Source of the DNA: an uncultured Nitrososphaerota archaeon
Lineage (GTDB): Archaea; Thermoproteota; Nitrososphaeria; Nitrososphaerales; CADDZS01
NCBI GenBank assembly: GCA_963799845.1
Contig: CAWCYI010000007.1
Coordinates: forward strand, 64,001-128,000
Direction of reading: 5' to 3'
Length of the DNA stretch: 64,000 nt
The notes under the pieces were generated by a model, which was not told the origin of the DNA, searched no databases, and saw only the letters and a program-made list of their open reading frames with translations. Positions 30,155 to 39,390 of this stretch are shown in pieces. The position numbers were made by a program, and so were the translations under genes. The number at the start of each line of letters is the position of its first letter. Within the stretch, counting starts at the first letter, position 1.

Positions 30155-30686
30155 GTTTCTAATTCGAGAGTAGTAAACGCCTATTTCACGATTTGCCCGA
30201 AGAGAAATGAATCCTGTCTGTAAACATCTTTGCAGTTTCGCTTACAAAATATTTGCTAGCGAAGCGCAGCCTTAGTTAGGATTTCTTCGATCTGCTCATT
30301 TCCGTGTACGTCGCAAGTTGACAGTTTGGAATGATCAAGTATCTCCATTCCATAGGGGTCACATGAACAATCGAATACCAAAGTTCCAGAAAGATAGTAA
30401 TTCAACTAAACCCGAATCTTGGTCAATTGACGCGCGAAGCCATGTGAACGGATCTGCCTCAAGTTGCAACGGATTATCTGTCGTCCATCTTCGAAAATTG
30501 TATACTATTGCTAGGATAGTTATTGAGCAAAAGCAATTACCTTCCGATACACTCCCTCAAAATAACTATTATTAGCTATTGCTTTAGGGTTCTTTACATA
30601 TTTTCCCGAATTAAAGGACTGGAGGAATAACTATAGGAATAGTAGCCGCAGAGGAATGATTGTTCATTTAGCAATTAGGCAGACGA

Positions 30687-30702
30687 ATTGAATTAATTCA
30701 AT
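30687..30702. promoter_or_regulatory. Perfect 16-bp palindrome, candidate operator
   Basis: ATTGAATTAATTCAAT, about 70 bp upstream of TATA-like GTTAAATT (30771). Confidence 0.45.
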
Positions 30703-30803
30703 CCAAATTTCCGACAAAATCCAGTGAATTAGGCGTTATCAATGGTGATCTACGAATTTGAGTGGACACAGTTAAATTCTTGCAGTTTCAGTGAAAAATT
30801 GAA

Positions 30804-31133
30804 TTGGTTAAGGATTGTCAGCATCCCGTTTTCAGCTTGATGAGGAGTGGGCCTGACGTGTCGGCCTACTGCTCAAAGTGCTGGAAACTGATGTTCAAGT
30901 CTAAGGATGTAATGGTGTGGAAGTATGGCCTGGAGTCTTATTTCAAGGCAGAACCTGAGGGATGTTCAGGAAAGGTAGTGAAATTATACAGAACTGATAG
31001 ATTCGTAACGGCTAGATGCATGGCTTGCGATTATCATGTCAGACAGAGTGAGCTAAAGGTAGATAGGAATTCTATCGTCCAGCCTAGGATTGCGCCTGTC
31101 AAAGCGGTTTGGAAGATCTCGACATCTGCCTAA
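30804..31133 (+). CDS. Cys-rich hypothetical protein with two internal Zn-ribbon-like repeats
   Basis: CQH...SAYCSKC and CSG...TARCMAC. Confidence 0.6.
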   Translation: MVKDCQHPVFSLMRSGPDVSAYCSKCWKLMFKSKDVMVWKYGLESYFKAEPEGCSGKVVKLYRTDRFVTARCMACDYHVRQSELKVDRNSIVQPRIAPVKAVWKISTSA

Positions 31134-31230
31134 CCTTCCGAACTGGCCTGTAAACGTTCTTAACTTTATAGCAATAGCAAGAATCTAATAATTAATCCAA
31201 TTAGGATTGCGGATGATCTGAGAAAATCCT

Positions 31231-31998
31231 TTGTTTGTGGACGCGCATGCCCATCTAGACGAGAACTCTCTTTCAAATTTCGTTGACATGATGAGTCGGT
31301 CCGATTTTGGACTGACCGTCATCTCAAACTCAGTAGACTTCGAATCATCCGTCCGAAATATTGGCCTCTCAAATGAATCTACTGAGATCATTCCGTTCGT
31401 CGGAATTCACCCGGAAATTTTCTCCAGAAATGGCGAATCAAAAATTTCAACGAAATCTGTCGATACGATGATTCAAAGTTTGATGACCATAGTCCCCTTT
31501 TGCCGTGGAATTGGAGAAATCGGATTGGATCCGAAATACGGGCACGATGGTGAACAAGAATACCTGTTCAGACAAATGCTTCGTATTTCGGAGGAAGCCG
31601 GAATTCCGATTTCTATTCATAATAGGAACTCAGTTTCGAGAGTCCTAGATCTCATATCCACTTTCAATCTGAAAGGTGCGATCCTTCTTCACTGGTTTGC
31701 GGGTTCAGATGAAGAATTAACTCGGATTCAGGATAGAGGGATTTACATTTCATTTGGCCCGGCTTTACTATTCTCAAAGCGAATAGGCAGAATTTTTGAG
31801 AAGAGCGATTTAGATCTAGTTTTATCGGAAACTGATTCTCCTACACCATTTGCATCGATAAACGATGGGAGAAGCACTCCAATGTTGATCCCGAGCGTCG
31901 TTTTCAAGATGAGTCTGATTAAGAATATTAGTTTCGAATGGTTGAATGATCGTCTCGAATCGAATGCACGCAGATACCTAGAACGCAAAACTCATTAA
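31231..31998 (+). CDS. tatD: TatD-family nuclease
   Basis: DAHAHL, GIHP, GEIGLD, IHNR, LHWF, ETDSP. Confidence 0.92.
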   Translation: MFVDAHAHLDENSLSNFVDMMSRSDFGLTVISNSVDFESSVRNIGLSNESTEIIPFVGIHPEIFSRNGESKISTKSVDTMIQSLMTIVPFCRGIGEIGLDPKYGHDGEQEYLFRQMLRISEEAGIPISIHNRNSVSRVLDLISTFNLKGAILLHWFAGSDEELTRIQDRGIYISFGPALLFSKRIGRIFEKSDLDLVLSETDSPTPFASINDGRSTPMLIPSVVFKMSLIKNISFEWLNDRLESNARRYLERKTH

Positions 31999-32083
31999 GG
32001 GTCAAATGTAAGTAGACTGATTGCTTCAATCAAGCATATCGAATTTGGTAAAAAATAGGCGCTGAAATACGAGTGATTAGTTA

Positions 32084-32362
32084 TTGAATAAGGTAAGAAA
32101 ACTCGCCGAAGACCTTTTGGCGAAATATCCTACGTTGTTTTCAACAAATTTTGATGCGAATAAGAAGGCTCTTGAAACGGTTGCAATAATTCGGAATCGA
32201 GCTCTTCGAAACCAAATTGCAGGAGCCATAACATCAATGGCGGCTGAACTGGTTCCTCCAAAGCCCGAAAGTGGAATGGATCTTGAAGAAGTCATTTCTT
32301 CAATCAATTCACCCGCAGCGGAAGAAAATCTACCTGCAGAAGTTTCTCAGCAAGCTGTGTAA
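32084..32362 (+). CDS. rps17e: 30S ribosomal protein S17e
   Basis: LAKYPTLFSTNFDANKKAL...LRNQIAGAIT, with an acidic tail. Confidence 0.9.
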   Translation: MNKVRKLAEDLLAKYPTLFSTNFDANKKALETVAIIRNRALRNQIAGAITSMAAELVPPKPESGMDLEEVISSINSPAAEENLPAEVSQQAV

Positions 32363-32404
32363 TTCATTACAAGGGAGGACCCGAGAAGGGGTGCCTTTCT
32401 CTTA

Positions 32405-33251
32405 ATGTTAGTCAAATTACGAGACGGAACATCATTTGAACTTTCGATAGTTCCGCTCCGGGAAGTGAGGCCTCATGAGGCCACGATTCCAAAACTACTC
32501 GATTCTTTACTGAAGGATCTGCGGAGAACTCGGGAACAAAGAGATCCTATAATTATCGATAAGAAGACTCATACTGCCCTAGATGGGATGCACCGCCGCG
32601 CAGCATTGAATGCTCTCGGCGCTAGATTTGCAGTATGCGCGGAGTTCGAATACCTGGAAGATTCTGTAAAACTTGAAAGGTGGTTGCGATATTTCATCGC
32701 ACCGAGCGAGCACTTTCTTTCAGAGTTAATTTCACTTCTAAAATTAAGGCGGAGTAAGAATTTCAGGAAGGCTGCCAGTGAAGTTGATTCTGAAGAAAGC
32801 AAGTTGGCGCTTTTGTCAGCAGCCAGTTCTTATGTAAGTGAGCGACGGTGGAACATCCTCGAAGTATACGACGCACTTGGCCAGGTTGATCAATTGTGCT
32901 CGGATTACAAAATAGAGCTTGAATTCACCACAGAGTCCTCTAAATTTGAGACTATTCACATCGGAGTCCGTCCACGTCCTCTACCCCGAGAGACTTACCA
33001 AGAAAGACGTACTCGAAATGGTTCGAGAGAATCGAGTTTTTCCTTGCAAGACGACAAGGCATATTGTTCCGGTCAGACCGATGGGTGTGTTTTTTCCCCT
33101 GAAGAACCTGCAGAATTCGACCAAATCCGAATGTTCTGAAAAGCTTGAGAATATCGTAAATTTAAGTAAGATAGAGATCGAGAGAAGGGAAGTCTGGTAT
33201 GAAGGTAGGAGATACTCCGAGCCCCTCGCAATCTTTCGAAGAAGCAGGTAG
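32405..33251 (+). CDS. ParB/Srx N-terminal domain protein (SerK-like architecture), frameshift near 32945
   Basis: VRPHE...DPIIID...LDGMHRRAAL and C-terminal VFPCKTTRH in a second frame. Confidence 0.7.
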
Positions 33252-33519
33252 TGAATTTGCGTTAGTCCGGATTCACGGAAGCCTTGGAAAACTTCCTGAC
33301 GGAAGGAAGGTAGAGGTAGAAAGGGTTCGAGTTCCCGTCAAAGTTCGAGACATTTTGTCTAATCTTTCCAAATCCTTCGGAGTTGAAATCAGAAGAGATA
33401 GCACCCTCGTTCTTGTAAACGGTGTCGAAGCAAACGCCCTGATGGATTTAGACACTACAGTAATCGGAGGCGACGAAGTGTCTCTCATTCCGATGTTTCA
33501 CGGCGGCTCGGAGCAATAG
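33199..33519 (+). CDS. MoaD/ThiS/Urm1 (SAMP) ubiquitin-like protein; start uncertain (about 33250-33260)
   Basis: LVLVNGVE...GGDEVSLIPMFHGG followed by SEQ. Confidence 0.82.
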   Translation: MKVGDTPSPSQSFEEAGSEFALVRIHGSLGKLPDGRKVEVERVRVPVKVRDILSNLSKSFGVEIRRDSTLVLVNGVEANALMDLDTTVIGGDEVSLIPMFHGGSEQ

Positions 33520-34104
33520 TTGAAGTTCATAGCTCCATCGTGGGATGAAGTTCTGGCAAAGTCAATAAAGCTCGCAGAGAATATTCGCAAGACAGAGCGA
33601 TTTCAGTTCGATTGCATCATCGGCGTTTCCCGGGGTGGACTTGCGCTGACGAGGATCATGTCAGACCTCCTGGACATCCAGAACGTCATGATTACAAGAT
33701 GCGAATATTACACCGATATCGGTGAAAAAAAGAAAAAGCCTGTCATTACCCAAAAGATTCAAGGAAATATCTCGGGTAGAAATGTCCTTGTTGTTGATGA
33801 TGTGGCAGACACTGGAGAGAGTCTGCTAGTTATCAAGAGTTACTTGGAGTCAAAAAGACCGAATCAGGTAAAGATTGCGACTATTTTCATAAAGCCTTGG
33901 TGTAAGGTAATGCCGGATTATTTTGTGAGCAGAACCGACGCTTGGATCATCTTCCCATGGGAGTATTACGAAGCGATAAAGTCCCTTTCTGCAACTAACA
34001 ACAAAGACATCCTGTCCAAGACGCGTATTCCGCCGAAGTATATCGAAATGCTCTACAAGATGGATAGATCTCTAAGACAGCGATGGAAAAGGACCGCCAA
34101 TTGA
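33520..34104 (+). CDS. Purine phosphoribosyltransferase (HGPRT/XGPRT-like)
   Basis: GVSRGGL, VLVVDDVADTGESL, WIIFPWE. Confidence 0.9.
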   Translation: MKFIAPSWDEVLAKSIKLAENIRKTERFQFDCIIGVSRGGLALTRIMSDLLDIQNVMITRCEYYTDIGEKKKKPVITQKIQGNISGRNVLVVDDVADTGESLLVIKSYLESKRPNQVKIATIFIKPWCKVMPDYFVSRTDAWIIFPWEYYEAIKSLSATNNKDILSKTRIPPKYIEMLYKMDRSLRQRWKRTAN

Positions 34105-34677
34105 AAACTGGAGGCTTGCAGGATTTCAAAGCTTTCTGATCATGGCAAATACTGGTCTCGCAATGTAGGGAAAAATGGAGAGACGGTTTGTTTTGCGGCC
34201 GCGTTTTGTTTAAGGGTACGCCAGGATTTCACTAAAATCGCGAAGGGGTTTCCCGAAGGCGTTGTCCTTTGTAATCCTGAAATGATCGCGGGAATAGAAC
34301 ACCTGGAAGCAATCCTGACCCAGACGAAGGAATACTTCGACAGAAATCAGAGACTTGTGAGGAACGGATCTCTGGAAATCTTGATGAGAATTACCTGTCA
34401 AAGACAAATTTCAGAAGCGATTGCCGCCTCTCATATTGAAGACACCGAGAGAGTGGCGATTCTCGGACTAGTTCACTCCGAGAGGGAAATAGAAACTTCT
34501 ATCGAACGTCTCTATTCAATTTGTGAGACCGTTGTGCTAGACAATTCTCTTCTTGAATTGAACAAGGAAAAGGCTGCAAGATTAAAGCGATTTCATCGAT
34601 TGCCGAGCTCGCTGACAATGGATAAGCTTCAAACAGCACTTCAGGAACGATCGATTCTACTAATGTTTTCCAAGTAG
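34101..34677 (+). CDS. cgi121: KEOPS complex subunit Cgi121
   Basis: IAGIEHL...SLEILMRITCQRQISEAI. The frame is open from 34105; start is TTG 34101 (with an indel) or CTG 34108. Confidence 0.75.
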
Positions 34678-35291
34678 GATAGGACGCGATTTCCGGGCAC
34701 TGCACCCTCTCTTATGATTTGGATTGAATCTTCTCTTGAAGCATCGACAATCGTGGATGATAGACCACCTTCACCGCACTGTCCAGACACGAAGTAATCA
34801 GCCATGTCTGCAAGGTCTAGGAGCGACGGGTCTCTGGAATTCGTATAGGGACTTTCCCCGGAAATATTTGCGCTGGTTCCGATTAGAGCACCACCACAAA
34901 TTGAAATCAATCGCTGGCAACATCCGTGATTCGGAACTCTGACTGCGAGAGTTCTTTCACTTCCAATCAATTCTTCTGGCAGATTCGATTCCTTAACCGG
35001 CAGAATCAGAGTCAGTTTGCCAGGCCAAAAGTGGTCGGCAATTGACCTGCTTTTTTCGTCAAATTGCACAATATGACCAGCCACCTCAATGTTGGAGACC
35101 AAAACAGGCATCCGCTTCGCTCTGTCTCGTTTCTTAATTTCATAACAATTCCTGACGCCCCTAGAAGAGTACGGACTCGAACCCAGTCCATAGACAGTAT
35201 CAGTCGGAAAAATTACCACCGCTCCTCTCAGGACAGAGTCTCGGACCTTTGAAAAGTCAGATTCGCAAGTAAGTCTGACTACCATAGGCAC
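34641..35291 (-). CDS. tsaC: L-threonylcarbamoyladenylate synthase (short TsaC/YrdC type)
   Basis: FPTDTVYGLG, KKR, FWPGKLTLIL, GTSANISG, SSTIVD, IREG. Confidence 0.92.
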   Translation of the reverse strand: MPMVVRLTCESDFSKVRDSVLRGAVVIFPTDTVYGLGSSPYSSRGVRNCYEIKKRDRAKRMPVLVSNIEVAGHIVQFDEKSRSIADHFWPGKLTLILPVKESNLPEELIGSERTLAVRVPNHGCCQRLISICGGALIGTSANISGESPYTNSRDPSLLDLADMADYFVSGQCGEGGLSSTIVDASREDSIQIIREGAVPGNRVLSYLENISRIDRS

Positions 35292-35432
35292 AATCTCCTT
35301 TTCTGTAGATGATTATTGAGATCGCATAGATCATTAGTTTCTAAGTGCACTAGATTCCTGATCAACTTCTACGGCAATGAAAATGTTTATCTGAGCGCTA
35401 GAACAATTACACCCCGCTTCGGTGGAAAAGTC

Positions 35433-35525
35433 TTGTCAGAGGAAGATGCCGAACTAGACGAAGAATTCAGTGACGAGGATATTGACGAAGGTTGGGAAGA
35501 AGACTTTGATGACGAGAATGAGTAA
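35433..35525 (+). CDS. 30-aa extremely acidic micro-protein
   Basis: TTG start after GGTGG; MSEEDAELDEEFSDEDIDEGWEEDFDDENE, 19 D/E and no K/R. Confidence 0.55.
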   Translation: MSEEDAELDEEFSDEDIDEGWEEDFDDENE

Positions 35526-35642
35526 GTTTCAATCTTTCCTTGGCTTTTTGGTTGTTTAAATTCTTGGTTCCTCTCCAACCCTGATTTCATGATCCCTTTC
35601 GGAATAGCTTTTTTGCCTGGGTTCCATGCTTGAGAGACTGAT

Positions 35643-36338
35643 TTGAGACATTTCATAATTAACTCGAAGAATTACCTTGAGGCTTCAGGCGGAAAGCTCG
35701 AAAAACTCCGGTCAGCAATTCAAACCGTTTCCCGGCGGGATATTTTCACGAAAATAAGATTCTATTTAGCTGCTTCTGCTTTCGGGATCTGCATGCCGGC
35801 CCATGAAGACGCTTCTTTCGATGTAATCGCACAACACGTAGATGCGGCGAGTGTCGGCTCTACAACGGGATTCCTAGTTCCAGAAATTGCAAAGTCTTTT
35901 GGAGCAACCGGTTCTCTCGTAAATCACAGCGAACACCGAATCGGAGTAGACCAGATCGAAAAGATTGTCTCTCATCTCCGGCAGATCCAAATGATTTCAG
36001 TGGTTTGCGCTCAAGACGATAGCGAGGTCGCGATCTTTAGCAAGTTCAATCCCGATTTCATTGCAATCGAACCACCCGATTTGATAGGTTCCGGCAAGGC
36101 CGTGTCGAAGGTAAGACCCGATATCATAACCAACTCTCGAAGGTCGCTTGAAGAAAACAAGGCACCTGATTCCGTCACCAAGCTCCTCTGCGGAGCGGGG
36201 ATCGTGAATGGAATTGACGCCAGACTCGCTATCGAAATGGGAGCCGAGGGAATACTCGTCGCCAGTGGTGTAATCAAAGCCGCTAACTGGGCAGAAAAAA
36301 TTACCGAACTGGCCCAAGGGCTTAGCGACGCAGCATAG
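35643..36338 (+). CDS. tpiA: Triosephosphate isomerase (archaeal type)
   Basis: NSKNY, AQHVD, NHSEH, AIEPPDLIGSG, CGAGI, LVASG. Confidence 0.93.
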   Translation: MRHFIINSKNYLEASGGKLEKLRSAIQTVSRRDIFTKIRFYLAASAFGICMPAHEDASFDVIAQHVDAASVGSTTGFLVPEIAKSFGATGSLVNHSEHRIGVDQIEKIVSHLRQIQMISVVCAQDDSEVAIFSKFNPDFIAIEPPDLIGSGKAVSKVRPDIITNSRRSLEENKAPDSVTKLLCGAGIVNGIDARLAIEMGAEGILVASGVIKAANWAEKITELAQGLSDAA

Positions 36339-36564
36339 CCAGAACTATTCCCGCAATTGAAATGATGATTAGTATAGGCGAAGTGGCAAAGTACAATCCA
36401 TTACTCTTGTATACATAGAGTATGATCCAGGGTATTTTCACTCCTGAAAGCGAGCCCGATCTCGCAATGATCGGAATAAGAAAAAGCGCAACGCCGAGCA
36501 GAATGAAAAATGCCCCCAGCAAATAAAAAGCCCAGTTACTTGATAACTCCGCGCTTTGGCTCAT
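36322..36564 (-). CDS. Small membrane protein
   Basis: Two hydrophobic segments; IPWIILYVY...YFATSPILIII. Confidence 0.6.
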   Translation of the reverse strand: MSQSAELSSNWAFYLLGAFFILLGVALFLIPIIARSGSLSGVKIPWIILYVYKSNGLYFATSPILIIISIAGIVLAMLRR

Positions 36565-36632
36565 CGGAAACTAAATTGGAACTCCATTAAGATATAAATT
36601 ATGAATCTTGATCATTTATCGTCAGCTTTCCA

Positions 36633-37706
36633 TTGGGAGAAATGAAAGAGATCCGCGCTGCCTTTGTAAAAAGTGAAGGCGGCGGCGTCGAGTTGCGTAC
36701 AGTTGCCAGACCGATAGTGGAAGAGGGTTCGATTCTGATATCTATGAAGGCGTCGGGGGTTTGCGGTACTGATCTGGAGAAACTGACGGGTAAAGGAATT
36801 ACCTCCACCATACTCGGCCACGAAGTATCGGGGGTGGTGATTGAATCTCGGGCAAAAAACTTTGAGAAAGGCGATCGAGTAATTCCGCATCATCATGTAT
36901 CATGCAACGAGTGCGAACTGTGTCTTGCAGGGGCTGAGACCATGTGCCAAAAATACAAGAACAGCAATTTCACGCCTGGAGGGTTCGCCGATGAATTTCT
37001 CCTCCCCACTTACAACGTGAAGAATGGCGGGATCTACAAAATCTCGGATAACTTGAGCTTTGAAGAGGCTTCATTTGCCGAACCTCTGGGATGTTGCATC
37101 AGAGGATTGACGCATGCAGGCGTGCTGACAAATAATGGAAAAGCTGGAAAACAGTTGCGTAACGCTCTCGTTGTCGGGGCAGGGCCTATCGGCCTGTTGC
37201 ACATGGAGCTTCTTCGGTCTTCATTCCATGACCTTATGTTGAGTGCAGTCGACGTGATAAGTTCGAGACTGGAGTTTGCTGAAAGAAACGAGAAAGCAAA
37301 CATTGTCAATGCGAGCAGGTTGGAAAACGGAGCTTTTTCGGAGAGCTGTAGAAAACTGATTGGGCCGTTGGGTTACGATCTTGTTGTGGTTGCAACCGGT
37401 AGCGAGAAAGCATTCGGGGAGGCGATAAAGTGTGTCAGGAAATCTGGAACGCTTCTGCTCTTCGGGGTTCCGCACAAGGGAGCGACACACTCACTCGATC
37501 TGGCAAGGTTGCTGTTGGATGAACTGACGATCACCTCGAGCTACGCCACTTCCGAAACTGAGCTCCAACGTGCAATCGAACTATTGGAAGAGAGGAAAAT
37601 TGACGTGAAGAAATTCGTAACGTCAACCTACCCACTCGAAAAAGTGGATGAAGCAATGTCTGCAGCAAGATCTGAAAGTCAGGTCAAGGTTTTGGTCACT
37701 GGATAA
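36633..37706 (+). CDS. Zn-dependent medium-chain dehydrogenase (sorbitol/threonine dehydrogenase-like)
   Basis: CGTD, GHE, CNECELC...C, EPLGC, GAGPIG. Confidence 0.9.
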   Translation: MGEMKEIRAAFVKSEGGGVELRTVARPIVEEGSILISMKASGVCGTDLEKLTGKGITSTILGHEVSGVVIESRAKNFEKGDRVIPHHHVSCNECELCLAGAETMCQKYKNSNFTPGGFADEFLLPTYNVKNGGIYKISDNLSFEEASFAEPLGCCIRGLTHAGVLTNNGKAGKQLRNALVVGAGPIGLLHMELLRSSFHDLMLSAVDVISSRLEFAERNEKANIVNASRLENGAFSESCRKLIGPLGYDLVVVATGSEKAFGEAIKCVRKSGTLLLFGVPHKGATHSLDLARLLLDELTITSSYATSETELQRAIELLEERKIDVKKFVTSTYPLEKVDEAMSAARSESQVKVLVTG

Positions 37707-37757
37707 AACGGCAGAATGCTTATTACGCATCTGGAAAAATTTTGAAATTGTAACAAA

Positions 37758-38009
37758 ATGCCTACCACTGCTGTTGTGATTACATTCGATGACGATTATT
37801 CATGCTCAGCGGCCGTGCAGGAGAATCTCAGCATGGATGAACTTCAAAAAATGGTAGGGCGAGGTGTGGAGTTCGACGTCTCGAAATCCAAGATTGCAAA
37901 GGGAAAAGTTGTCGGCCTCGAAGGAGACCTGGTACAAATAAAGTGGTCGGACGTACCACTGGGTCTTGGTCAAAGTAGTATGATGAGGATTATGGATTCA
38001 AACTCGTGA
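37758..38009 (+). CDS. Hypothetical protein, remote resemblance to ribosomal L35Ae fold
   Basis: MVGRGVEF...KGKVVG...VQIKW...VPLGLGQ pattern. Confidence 0.5.
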   Translation: MPTTAVVITFDDDYSCSAAVQENLSMDELQKMVGRGVEFDVSKSKIAKGKVVGLEGDLVQIKWSDVPLGLGQSSMMRIMDSNS

Positions 38010-38312
38010 GCGAAGAATCAATCCGAATTTTCACAGATCATACAAACTCGTCCCCGGTGCAAAGTAACCGGCATTATGTCGGGGTACTTGGGATGTTTTT
38101 GACACTTTGAACAGGCGCGATAGTCCAAAGTTGTCGAAACTAGCGATTGTTGACTATTAGCAGACATTTGCTAGCAGCGAAATTTGTATCGCGATTTAAG
38201 CCGCTACGTACTTTTTCCAAAAGAAAAGCAATCCGTTTTTACTAGAACGGAAAGGATTGATCATCCAGATTATGAATTCGTACTCTGAATACAGAAAATT
38301 TAGGGCGCTGTC

Positions 38313-38450
38313 CTAATTCAGCGTGAATTCCGCGCAGTAGTTTTGCGTCCGTTCCGGATCGAAAAGGCAACCCGGACAAAGGCCCTCGATCTCATCTGAC
38401 TCTAACATCGGCAGGTAATCGTCGCCACACCTCGCGCAGGTAGCAGTCAT
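38313..38450 (-). CDS. Small Zn-finger protein (45 aa)
   Basis: MTATCARCG...LCPGC. Confidence 0.55.
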   Translation of the reverse strand: MTATCARCGDDYLPMLESDEIEGLCPGCLFDPERTQNYCAEFTLN

Positions 38451-38631
38451 GTTCTTACACCCTATATTGTGCGGCTTACCTAATATCAGTTTCCCAAAAA
38501 AAGGTCGAGTTAGGCGCAATCTAGGGATTTATGACAATGTTTTTATAATTTGAGAGGCCATTAATCTCCCTAGCGATGAGTAAGGTAACTGAGAAAATTT
38601 TTCCCGAAATGAACTACCCTGCGAGGTCAAT

Positions 38632-38943
38632 GTGATGGCAGAGGTATGTACGACGTGTGGTCTCCCAAAGGATCTTTGTGTGTGCGAGGAACTCGAAAAA
38701 GAGGAAACTCGTATTGTCGTCCGCCTGGAGATGAGGCGATTCAGAAAGCCCACAACGATGGTTGAGGGTTTGAATCCGAAAAGAACGGATCTGGTCCGTA
38801 TCGCAAAGGATTTGAAAAGCAAACTAGCTTGCGGGGGAACGGCAAAAGAGGGGTACATACTCCTTCAAGGAGATCATAGGGATCAGGTCAGAGATAGCCT
38901 GGTCAATATGGGCTTCGGCGAAGGCACGATCGAAGTTCAGTGA
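38632..38943 (+). CDS. sui1: Translation initiation factor aIF1/SUI1
   Basis: CTTCGLPKDLCVC, LKSKLACGGT, LQGDHR. Confidence 0.95.
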   Translation: MMAEVCTTCGLPKDLCVCEELEKEETRIVVRLEMRRFRKPTTMVEGLNPKRTDLVRIAKDLKSKLACGGTAKEGYILLQGDHRDQVRDSLVNMGFGEGTIEVQ

Positions 38944-38956
38944 TGGCAACCGTCTA

Positions 38957-39178
38957 ATGGCTAGCCTCGACGAGGACACTAATTCTAAAGCCGAGCCCAA
39001 GCTAAAATTCAAACGTAGAAGTCTTGCGGGTCGGAAGAAACTTTGCCCGCAGTGCCTTTCAGAACTTGCTATTGCAACTTCGGTTTCGGGATGGCTTGTT
39101 CCCAACTACTATTTTTGTTCACAGTGCGGGTATTCGGGCTACGTGGCTCTCGAAAACGCTCCCAAAGAAGATTGCTGA
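38957..39178 (+). CDS. Small Zn-ribbon protein
   Basis: CPQC...SGWLVP.YY.CSQCGYSG. Confidence 0.75.
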   Translation: MASLDEDTNSKAEPKLKFKRRSLAGRKKLCPQCLSELAIATSVSGWLVPNYYFCSQCGYSGYVALENAPKEDC

Positions 39179-39180
39179 TT

Positions 39181-39363
39181 TTATCTCAGCGACTTTTTTG
39201 TTTTCTTCGAAAGATGTTTCATCGTATTTTCTTTCTTGGGCTTTTTCGCTTTAGCTTCCTTCGGACGCTCGGCTGAGGCTTTCTCCTCCTCTTCCATCTC
39301 TTTCATAGCTTCTTCTATGGCCTTCTTGAATTCGTCGCCCATCGGGTCGGTAAAGTAAGCCAA
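39181..39363 (-). CDS. Small charged hypothetical protein
   Basis: Acidic helix followed by a Lys-rich tail; directly downstream of thyX. Confidence 0.55.
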   Translation of the reverse strand: MAYFTDPMGDEFKKAIEEAMKEMEEEEKASAERPKEAKAKKPKKENTMKHLSKKTKKSLR

Positions 39364-39390
39364 ATTGAATTCATTTGCCTCGTAAATCGG

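Noticed and set aside
30155-30803. Replication origin
   Set aside because: AT-rich, but no convincing ORB repeats with G-strings and no cdc6/orc1 nearby.
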